Assembly (NCBI GenBank): GCA_014905635.1
Contig: JABVCE010000002.1
Span: forward strand, 2,108,001 to 2,172,000
Length of the DNA stretch: 64,000 nucleotides
Direction of reading: 5' to 3'
Origin: Scenedesmus sp. PABB004
Lineage: Eukaryota
Within the stretch, counting starts at the first letter, position 1. Each line of letters begins with the position of its first letter. The notes beneath the pieces were generated by a model that did not search any database, had not been told where the DNA came from, and saw only the letters and a program-made list of their open reading frames with translations. Position numbers and translations under genes: made by a program. Positions 1 through 8,700 of this stretch are shown here, one piece after another.

Positions 1-893
1 CGCGCGGCGCGGCGCGCGCAACGCGGCGGGCCGGCGCGGCGGGTGAGCCCGCGGGGCCGCAGCGCGGGCGCCGCGCCCCCGCGCTGGCCGCCGGGGCTCT
101 CGAACGCGCGCTCTCCCTCCCTCCCTCCCTCCGCGGGCCGCCGCCGCACCTGGAAGTCCAGCGTCGTCGACTGCTGCCCCGCCGAGGCCTCGATCGCCGC
201 CGCCAGGTCCTCGAGCCGCGCGTCCAGCGCCTCCGCGGGGTGGTCCACGCTGCCGCCGGCGCGCTGCAGCGCGGCCGCGATCGACGCGAGCCCGACCTTG
301 CCCGCCGGGCTCGACGCCTGCGCGGCGGCGGGCGCGGCGACTGGGCGCGCGCTGCCGCGTGCTCGCGGCGCGGGCCGGGGCGCGCGCGCGCCGCCGCCGC
401 CGCGCCTCGCCTGGCCGCCGGGTATCAGCAGGCTGCCCCGCGTGAGCGGGACCTCGCGGTCCACGACGAGGAACACCTTGAGCCCGTTCGCCAGCGCCCT
501 GCTGACGATCGCCGGCTGCGCCAGCCGCGGCAGCGGCGGGAACGTCGCCGGCAGCGGCGGCAGGCGGCGGTAGATGGCCGGGAGGCCGCCGGGGCCCGAG
601 ATGTCGAGCTCTGGCGCCGGCCGCTGCTGCGGCCGCGCCTGCCGCTGCTGCGCCTGCGGCTGCTGCGCCTGCTGCTGCTGATCCTGCAGCTGCAGCGGGT
701 GCGGCAGGGCAACGGCTGGGGCGCCAGGCACGGCGAGCAGCTGCAGCGCCGCGAGCAGGCCGGCCGCGGCGCGCTGCTGCGGCAGCGCCGGCGCCGCCGC
801 TGCGCCGCCACTGCGGCTGGCGGATCGCCGCCGGGATCCCACGCGCAGTGAAGGACCACGCTGTTGGGGGAGGGCGCGCTGGGAGGCCTGCAT
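1..893 (-). CDS. M16 (insulinase/pitrilysin-like) peptidase family protein, 5' part; runs off window start; exons 893-411 and 317-150
   Basis: Spliced translation MQASQRALPQ...LANGLKVFLVVDREVPLTRGSLLIPGGQ|ASSPAGKVGLASIAAALQRAGGSVDHPAEALDARLEDLAAAIEAS matches the M16 domain start; first intron has a GC donor. Confidence 0.8.
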   Translation of the reverse strand, partial: MQASQRALPQQRGPSLRVGSRRRSASRSGGAAAAPALPQQRAAAGLLAALQLLAVPGAPAVALPHPLQLQDQQQQAQQPQAQQRQARPQQRPAPELDISGPGGLPAIYRRLPPLPATFPPLPRLAQPAIVSRALANGLKVFLVVDREVPLTRGSLLIPGGQARRGGGGARAPRPAPRARGSARPVAAPAAAQASSPAGKVGLASIAAALQRAGGSVDHPAEALDARLEDLAAAIEASAGQQSTTLDFQVRRRPAEGGREGERAFESPGGQRGGAAPALRPRGLTRRAGPPRCARRAA

Positions 894-1202
894 CACGGCG
901 GCCGTGGCGCCGCGCTGCGGCACGGCGCTGCTGCCGGCGCGGCCGCGCTCGCAGGGCGGGGCTGTGGCTGTCCCCAGGTGCGAGCAGAGGCGTGTGGATG
1001 GCCACGCACGAGCTGCGGACCGCCCGCGGGGGTGGACACCAGCGGCCGCGTTGCACCGCGAGGGCACAGCGCCGCGTGCGACACGCGTCGCGGCGCCGCT
1101 CAAGCCGGCTCGGCCACCGGGGTGCGCGGCGCATTTGGCGGCGCCCAGCAGCCGACGCGTGCGCGCCGGGACGCCGTCCCACGGCTCGACCCCCCCCCCT
1201 CT

Positions 1203-1442
1203 TGCAGCGCAGCAGCCCTGCCCCGCCCCTCACCCGCCCGCCCGCCGCCTGCGCTCGGCAGGTGTGCGTCCGCGGCTTCCAGCCCTGCACGCCTGGCCGC
1301 CTGCGCTTCTGCCTCGGGAGCACGTGCGCCGAGGTGCCCAGCACGCCTGGCAGCGACGTCACGCACGCGTGCCAGCCGCTCACGTGTGCCACGGAGATGG
1401 AGGCGTGCGGCTCCTGTGACGGCGGCCTCGCGTGCTGCGACG
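1203..1442 (+). pseudogene. Inverted, truncated copy of the last intron end/last exon of the TSP1-DUF11 gene (source 5981-6222, minus)
   Basis: Near-identical sequence: VCVRGFQPCTPGRLRFCLGSTCAEVPSTPGSDVTHACQPLTCATEMEACGSCDGGLACCD versus the native exon; similarity ends abruptly. Confidence 0.9.
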
Positions 1443-1955
1443 CGTCATCGCACGTTGCAGCGCGGCCAAGGCAGAAGACCGCGCCAAGAGCCTGCGGAGC
1501 AGGCGGCCCCGCCCGCGCGCACCCCCGTGGGTGCGCGACGACCGACGCTGCCGGCTCACCGCACCCCGGTCGCACGCATGCCCTGGCCAGCGGTGCCCCG
1601 GGACCCACGCCCCAAAGAAGGAGCAGCGAGGCAGCACCAAGCACACGCCCGCGCACACACACAAGGGGGCCTCACGCGCCGGCCTGCCGGAGCGCGACGC
1701 GCTGGGCCCCGCCCGGGCCGGCGGCGCCGGGCACGCTCGAGAGGAATGGGCGCTGCAAGGGGTCGTGCGGGCTTTTTGTTTGTTACAAGGCGGGGCGCGT
1801 GGCGCTCTGGGCGCTGCGGTGGCGCGCGGGGGATTTTTTTGGAATAAATATGAATATTTAATGAAAAAACAATGAATAAACAAATGCCCGAAATTGCCGC
1901 GAGCACTGACTTGGGAGTTGGCGTTTGTATTAGCAATTTGGATTCAGGCGGCGCC

Positions 1956-2028
1956 GGGGACATAGCTCAATTGGTAGAGCGCTCGCTTTGCATGCGAGAG
2001 GTCCAGGGTTCGATTCCCTGTGTCTCCA
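1956..2028 (+). tRNA. tRNA-Ala (anticodon UGC)
   Basis: 73 nt; acceptor GGGGACA/TGTCTCC, D arm TAGCTCAATTGGTAGAGC, anticodon arm CTCGC-TT-TGC-AT-GCGAG, T loop GGTTCGATTCC, discriminator A. Confidence 0.97.
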
Positions 2029-2035
2029 GGCTCGA

Positions 2036-2041
2036 GTTTTT
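2036..2041 (+). terminator. RNA polymerase III oligo-T terminator of tRNA-Ala
   Basis: Run of T about 8 nt after the tRNA 3' end. Confidence 0.75.
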
Positions 2042-2061
2042 GCCTCTCTGAAGCAGGGTTT

Positions 2062-2229
2062 ACAGCACTGAGTGTGTGCAGGTGACGCTTTTGGGCGTGA
2101 GCGTGGCCACGGGCGGCAGCTGCGCGTGAGTGACTGACTATACCAAAGTGATGGGGTCCGTGTTTGCGCCGTAGGCGCTTGTTCACCCCTGGTAACGCCC
2201 TTCTCTCTCTCTCTGCAGGGTTTAGGACG
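2062..2229 (+). repeat. Direct repeat copy 1 (about 165 bp; copy 2 at 2715-2875)
   Basis: ACAGCACTGAGTGTGTGCAGGTGACG...GGTAACGCCCTTCT...CTGCAGGGTTTAGGACG is identical in both copies apart from the CT tract. Confidence 0.95.
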
Positions 2230-2571
2230 CGCTTGCACTGCATGCACATCTGGCTGGGGCGCCGGCCGCGGGAGCAGCTGTCCCAGATGGTCTGGGACAT
2301 GGTCTGCATCGCTGCAATTCACGCGTGCGAACGCGGCCGGCGCGTGGCCTGGATTTTCCTGCAAGTGCGGGAGCGTGCCTTGCCCTTTGACGTGGCTCGA
2401 GACATTGTGAGGCGGGCGGCAGTGAGTGCGTTTTGGGTGGCGCTGGCCGACTTTGCGGCGACCGCTTACGTGCCCCGCGCTGCCCGTACGCCCGACCTGA
2501 CGGGCCAGCCCTTTCTGGCTTGGTGCACTCCCCGCGTCGCGGGGAGTGGCTTGGTTGTTATTCGGCGATGA
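2230..2571 (+). mobile_element. Probable 5'-truncated non-LTR (L1-like) retrotransposon ORF2 C-terminus
   Basis: HIWLGRRP...VWDMVCIAAIHACERGRR...AAVSAFWVALADF...QPFLAW...GLVVI* resembles, from recollection, the C-terminus of chlorophyte L1 ORF2; no RT or endonuclease is present. Confidence 0.55.
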
Positions 2572-2714
2572 GGATGGTGGCATTCTCCCAGCACTCCCGC
2601 GCGCGCGGGTTGCGCGCTCGCGGGCACGCGCGACCCGCGGTCACCGGCTGCCGCCGACACTGAAATACTGCTACTGCCCAGCAGCGAGCGATCGGTCAAG
2701 GTGTGTGCGCGGAG

Positions 2715-2875
2715 ACAGCACTGAGTGTGTGCAGGTGACGCTTTTGGGCGTGAGCGTGGCCACGGGCGGCAGCTGCGCGTGAGTGACTGACTATACCAAA
2801 GTGATGGGGTCCGTGTTTGCGCCGTAGGCGCTTGTTCACCCCTGGTAACGCCCTTCTTCTGCAGGGTTTAGGACG
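2715..2875 (+). repeat. Direct repeat copy 2 of 2062-2229
   Basis: Direct sequence comparison. Confidence 0.95.
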
Positions 2876-2924
2876 ATGGTGACGCCCTTCTCTCTCAGGG
2901 ATGATTATGACGACCCTGCTTCTC

Positions 2925-3363
2925 TCTGTTGTTGTTGTTATTGTTGTTGTTACGCAGGCTCAGTCGGGTGATGTGGCCATGGCGCGAGCCTGTGGTGTAA
3001 CTATCTTTATCTTTATCTTTATCTTAACTATCTTTGTCTGTGTCTTAACTATTTTTGGGTTCCGGCGCTGTACACTCTGAAGTGGGGCTTGGTTGTTGTT
3101 ACACACGGGCTCAGTCGGGCGATGTGTGGCTTGGTTAAGAAAGTGCTTATTCTTTCTAACTAATTTGGTTTGTGACAATTGGACTTCTTTGGAAAATAGG
3201 CAGCAGCAGCAGAACGCCCTGGCCGGTCCCGCAGCGCCGCGACGTCCAACAGCGCCGGTCAGCGGCCGCGGTGCAGCAGCGGGGTTGGCGCGCCAGCGAC
3301 GCGCCAGCGCGCTCCCAACGAGCGATCAGTGTGGTGTAACTATCTTTATCTTTATCTTTTATC
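2925..3363 (+). repeat. AT-richer mosaic of repeated modules: TGTGGTGTAAC(TATCTT)n twice (2991, 3329); (GTT)n-AC...GGCTCAGTCGGGYGATGTG twice (about 2945, about 3093)
   Basis: Modules visible directly; TGTAA followed by a short-repeat tail resembles retroelement 3' ends. Confidence 0.75.
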
Positions 3364-3412
3364 AGTCGCGTGCGGCCGGACTCGCTCAGCCGCGTCATAT
3401 ATCACGCGGCCC

Positions 3413-3434
3413 GGTTCGATTCCCTGTGCCTCCA
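3413..3434 (+). pseudogene. Orphan 3' fragment of tRNA-Ala (T arm plus acceptor 3' strand) followed by oligo-T
   Basis: GGTTCGATTCCCTGTGCCTCCA matches 2007-2028 at 21/22; TTTTTT at 3441-3446; no D or anticodon arm upstream. Confidence 0.8.
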
Positions 3435-3679
3435 ATGACCTTTTTTCGATGTTTCTGCCGCCTAGAACGCCTCCCCGCGCCACCCCCCGCCTGTTCTGGG
3501 GCCGGCGGGCGCGTGCGCGGGGCGCCGGCGACCGCCGCGGCTCACGCCGCCGCTGCTGCGCGCGCCCCGGCGCCGCTGCCGCGCTCGGGCCAGCGCTTCC
3601 CTCCCATTTCCGCGCGGTGCGCTGCTGGCGACGCCCCCGCACCGCCCCGCGCTGCACCGCCCTGCGCCGGCGGGCCGGC

Positions 3680-3705
3680 GGGGGGGGGGGGGGGGGGGGG
3701 GGGGG
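3680..3705 (+). repeat. Poly-G tract (about 26 nt)
   Basis: Homopolymer run. Confidence 0.95.
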
Positions 3706-5717
3706 CCGAGCAGCGTGCGCGCTGCCGGCGGCGGCGGCCCGCCGAGCAGGAGCCCCGGACGCGTCGTTGCTTCCTACTTTCGAGCGCACGATGACCGCGA
3801 CCGCGCGTTACACGTCGCGCTGGCCCCTGAGCGGCGCGTTCAGGCCACCAAAAGCTGCGGGTAGTAAGCGCGAAACTCGCGCCGCCCGCCTGGGACCTCG
3901 CCGAGGCGTGGCGAGGCTGCGCGTGGACGCGATTGGACGTCCCGCGCGCCCTCGCGCCAGCCGCGCGCGCGGCCGCGCGAGGAGCTGCGGGACCTCCCGG
4001 CCGCGCTCGCGGCGGCGCAGGCGGCGGCGGCGGCGCCGCAGGGCGCCGCAGCGGCGCCGCAGCTGGTCCGCCTCGTCGACCGGCCGGGCGAGCGGCCGCC
4101 GCCGGTGCTGCCGCTGGTGCCGCCGCCGCTCGCCGCGGCGGCCTCGCCGTCGAGGCGCGCAGACTGCCTCGTCCAGGCGCGGGCGGGCAGCCGTCGCGGT
4201 GGGCGTGGCGCGGGCAGGCACACGGCGGCAGCACGCACAGCGGGCGCTGCAGGCGGCGGGCGGCGGGCGGCGGGAGCTGCGCGCGCGCGCAGGGCGCGGC
4301 GGCGGCGCGCCGGCGTCAGGCGCGCGCTGCAGCTCCGCGGCGGCGCTGGCTGCCACGCGGCGCGCCTGCCAAGCGGCAGGGAGCTGCTGCGGGGTTGGTG
4401 CGTGGTTGTTGCAGGCGCGATGAGCCCAGGTGGTCATGCGGCGCACGGATGCAGTGAAACCCTCGGCGCTGCCGGGTCAAACCGGCCTACCTCTCACATC
4501 ACCACCCAGGGCGGCAGGGTCTGTAAGCAGCGCACAGGCGGCGCGCACGTTCGGCGTGCACACGCCAGCAATACCAGTTCCATCCAGCAGTCGTCGTCGG
4601 CGGCGGCAGCGGTCGAGCCGCGCGTTCGCCCGTGGCGCCCAGCCGAGCGCCCACACCGGCGGCGGCGTCGAGCGGCGCCGCAGCAGCAGTGCGCGCACGC
4701 AAGGCAGGCTGGCGATGCAATGGGAAGCAGTGCAAAGTGCCGGCGTATCAGGGTGGCTGTCGGCGCCGCGCAGCCCGGTTGGGCGGCAGAGGCATGGCTT
4801 GCAGTGCCCAAGACCGACCACGTTGTGAGTGGCTGCTGCTGCTCGCAGCTCGGCAACAGCAGTCCCGACGGCCAGGCTCGCAACGCGTGTGGCAGCGGCG
4901 CGCGGCAGGTGCGCCCGCAGCAACGCTGGGCGGTCTGATCAGCGTTTGCAGGCCCGCCCAAAGAACGAGAGAGCGGGCAGCAGTGCAAAAGTGGTCGTAG
5001 CCCAGCCCAGTGCAGAGCCGGCGAACTGCGCCGCACACCTTGACTTTCCGTGCGCGCCTCATGCGTTGTTCACAGCACCGACACCATCAACATGCGGTTG
5101 CGCCGACGACCGTCGCGTTGCCATTCCAAGCGCAGTCCAAGCACAGTCCAGGACGTGGGCGATGCAGCATGCAGCTGCCACGGGGCGTGCGAGGCGTGGA
5201 GGGGCGCGCGTGCGAGGCACGCGCGCGCACATGAGCAAGAAGCGAGAAGAGGCAGGCAGCGCACAGCGCGCGCGTCGGCGCGGCGCGGCGGCCTGCTTGT
5301 TTAGTGTGCATTGCGCACAGGTGCGACTGGCCAGAGCCGATACCGTACACACACGATGGAGCAACACAACTCAGTGCGCGCCGGCCAGCCTCCTCGGCGG
5401 CGTGCGGTGCGGCGTGGCACTGTACAGCAAGTCCAGTGTCGCGCCGCCTCTAAACAGGGGCCCGCCAAGTGAGGTCGAGTCCGGGCGCGGGGCCGGCGGA
5501 GCTGGCAGCAGCCGGGGCCCGGCCCTGGGTCCTGGCATGCGTGCTCTCGCCTGGCCCGCAGTGCGCTGACACCCATGCCCGCTCACGAGCGCCAAGTTCT
5601 CAAGCCCTGCCCCGCGAGTTCTCCTCATGCACAGATGCAGCCCCGCCACAAGCGCAGCCACGGAGGGCGTGGCGCGGCGTTGTGCCGTCTTGTTCCCCCG
5701 CGCGCCGGCGCCGTCCG

Positions 5718-8700
5718 TCACGCCTTGTGCTTCGACTCGGCGCGCGCGCTCGTGAGCGCGCGCTGCAGCGCCGCGCACTCGCGCCGCCGCTGCGTCTCGC
5801 ACGCGTGGTCGGCGCCGCAGGCCTTGGTGCAGTCGAGCTGCTTGACCAGCTTGTTGTGGCAGAGGTGCCCCCGGCAGCACTCCGAGTCGCTCGAGCAGCT
5901 GCTGCCGGTGCTCTTGCAGGTCGGGCGCGGCTTGGTGCAGATGCCCCGCTTGCTCCACCAGTCCCACACGCACTCCAGGCCGTCGCAGCACGCGAGGCCG
6001 CCGTCGCAGGCGCCGCACGCCTGCATCTCCGTGGCGCACGTGAGCGGCTGGCACGCGTGCGTGACGTCGCTGCCGGGCGTGCTGGGCACCTCGGCGCACG
6101 TGCTCCCGAGGCAGCAGCGCAGGCCGCCGGGCGTGCAGGGCTGGAAGCCGCGGACGCACACCTGCCGAGCGCGGGCGGCGGGCGGGCGAGTGAGGGGCCA
6201 GGGCAAGCGCTGCTGCGCTGCAGGGGCGCGGTGCCTGGTGCGGCCGGCGCCGGGCGGGCGCGGGCCGCGCCGGGCGGGCGCCGCAGCGGTGCCGCGCGCC
6301 GCGCACCGGCGGGCAGATGTCCTCGCCGCAGCGCTGGCCCTGGCTCCAGGCGCCGAGGCACTTGTCCTTGGTGGTCTGCGTGCACCAGCCAAACGAGCTG
6401 TAGCAGCACGCGCCGGTGGGCTGGGGGCAGGTCTTCTTGAAGCACCGCTCGCCCTTCTTCCACGCGCCGCCCGCGTCGGAGCACGCCTGGGCCAGCTCGA
6501 TCGTGCAGCCGCCGTCGGGCATGCAGCACGCGCCGACGTCCTGCTGGACGGGGTCGCTCGCCTTGCAGGGCGCAGAGGTGATGTTCTTGGAGGCAAAGTA
6601 GATGCCGTGCAGCTTGGTGCAGCTCACCTCCGTGCGCGCCGAGAGGCGGCCGTTGGGCGTGCAGCACGCGCCCTGCGCGCGCACGCGGGCGGGCGGGCGG
6701 GCGGGCGGGCGGGGGGTGGGCGGGCGGCGGGCGCGTGAGGCGGCCGCGCGCGGGGCGGCGGCGGTGGCGGCGCCGCGCTGCGGGGCGGCCGGGCGCGCGT
6801 GCGCGCGTGCGCGCGGCTCACCAGGGCGCACACCGACGTCGGCCTGGCCTTGTTGTTCAGGGGGTCGGAGTCGCCGTCGCCGCTGACCACGGCCAGGTTT
6901 GCAATCTTGCCGGCCTGCTTGACACGGGCAGTGACCGTGATCGTCGCAGTCGCCAGGTAGTCCATGTCTCCAAGCCGGCAGGTCACCTCCTGCCCAGCCC
7001 GCCGGCAGGCTGCGGCGCGGCGCGGCGGGCGGCGCGGCGGGCCGCGGGCGTGTCGGCGCGCGCGGCGGCGGGTGCGGCGCGGGCGCGGGCGCGGGCCGCC
7101 GGCGCGGGCCGGCGTGCGCGCGCTGGCGCACTTGGCAGGCCGGGCGACACGGCCACAAACTGGAGCTGCGGTGGCAGCGCGTCGACGACGACGACGTTGT
7201 CAATGCCCGCGAGGCCGCGCAGCACGGTGACGGTGAAGTCGTAATCGACGAGCGACCCCACGGCCGTGGCGGTGCAGCCGACCCCAGCCGCCTGCGTGGC
7301 GCCGGGCGCCGGGCGCAGCGCGCCGGTGATGCCGACGTCAGGTATGTCCTCCGGGTCGACGTCAATCGAGGACTTGCAGCACGCGGCGGCGCTGGGCGGG
7401 CTCGCGCTGGCTTTGGCCGGGTTGAACACGAGCGCCGCCCCCGCCGCCTTGCCCGCGGCTATGCAGTCAAATGGCCGCGGCCGCGCCGCGTTCACGGCGG
7501 TGTTGCCGCACGTCGCGATGCAGCAGGCCGCCCCGCTCGGGGGCAGCGCGGCCGCGCTGGCGTTGAAGACCGTGCCGGCCGGGCAGGGCCAGGGGATGGG
7601 CGCGGCGGCGTCGGAGCCGGGCTGGGAGTTGGCGCACGTCGCGCCGGCCGGCGGCGGCGGCGCGGGGCAGGCCGCCTGCTCGCAGGGCTTGTCCGCGACA
7701 AAGGTCCCGGCGCAGTCGGCCGCGGTGGTGGCGGCACACCAGAACTTGCTTGCGGGCTGCGTGGCGTCGCAGCAGGCGCCCTGCAGCGGCGCGCGGGCGC
7801 GGGCGCGGGGCGGGGTGAGGCGGCGGCGCCACGGGGCGCCGGGCGAGGCGCGGCGGCGGCTGCCACGCTGAGCAGCGGTCGAGCCAGGCGGGGCAGGGGT
7901 CCCCCGGCCAGCGCAGCGGCGCGCGCTCCGCCGCTGCCCTCACCAGCACGGTGCTGGTCGGCGCGGCGGCCTTCTTGGTGCCGGTCTTGTCATTGCCCGC
8001 GGTCGCGGTGGCGCTGTTGACCCACGCGCCCGCCTTGACCGCGCGCACGCGCACGATGACCGACTCGCTCAGGTCGACGGACGCGATGCGGCAGGTCAGC
8101 TTGCGGCCCTGGTAGTCGCAGCCTGGGCAGCGCCGGGGCGGCAGGCGGGCGGGCGGGCGCCGGCAGGGGTCAGCGGGCGGCGCCGGGGCACTCTGGATCC
8201 CCTGCGGCCGCCGGCCCAGCCGGGCGCGGCACAGGCCGCGCGCGGCCGGTGCGGGTAGCCAGCGGCGCAGGCCGTGCGCGGCAGCCCCGCGCGCGCGCGC
8301 GCGCGCGCGCGCGCACCGGGGAGCAGGTCGCCCGCAAAGTCAAAGCCCTCGGGCAGCTCGTCCACGAGCACCACGTCGGTCGCGGCGTCGAGCCCCAGGT
8401 CGGCGCGGTCCACGGTCAGTGTGAAGCTCGCCTCGTCGCCCACGCGCAGCGGCGCGGCCGGCCCCGTCTTGCGCAGCGTGATGACGACCGTGCTCTCGCC
8501 GCCCACCGCCAGCTCGCAGCAGCGCTCGGCCGAGGGGTTGGTGTGGTCGAGCCAGGGCGTGCTGAACTTGAAGCCCGGGGGGCAGCCAAAGCGCACGCCC
8601 GGCGTGACGTCGGGCTGCGTGTCGCCGCACGTCGCCGGCTTGCGCGGGGGCGAGGGGGAGGGCGAGGGCGAGGATGAGGGCGAGGGCGAGGGCGAAGGCG

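Noticed and set aside
1956..2600. tRNA-derived SINE
   Set aside because: The tRNA is intact and followed directly by an oligo-T terminator
2996..3103. TGTAAC...GTTACA as a solo LTR
   Set aside because: Only about 108 bp, no TSD seen, and better explained as poly(A) signal plus tail modules
3365..3434. Possible tRNA-Sec or long-variable-arm tRNA using the hairpin at 3389-3410
   Set aside because: No matching acceptor 5' strand, D arm or complete T stem; the 3' part is simply tRNA-Ala sequence
3450..5570. Possible gene between the tRNA block and the TSP1 gene
   Set aside because: No recognisable motif or consistent exon chain; a TGTAA at 4522 is not sufficient
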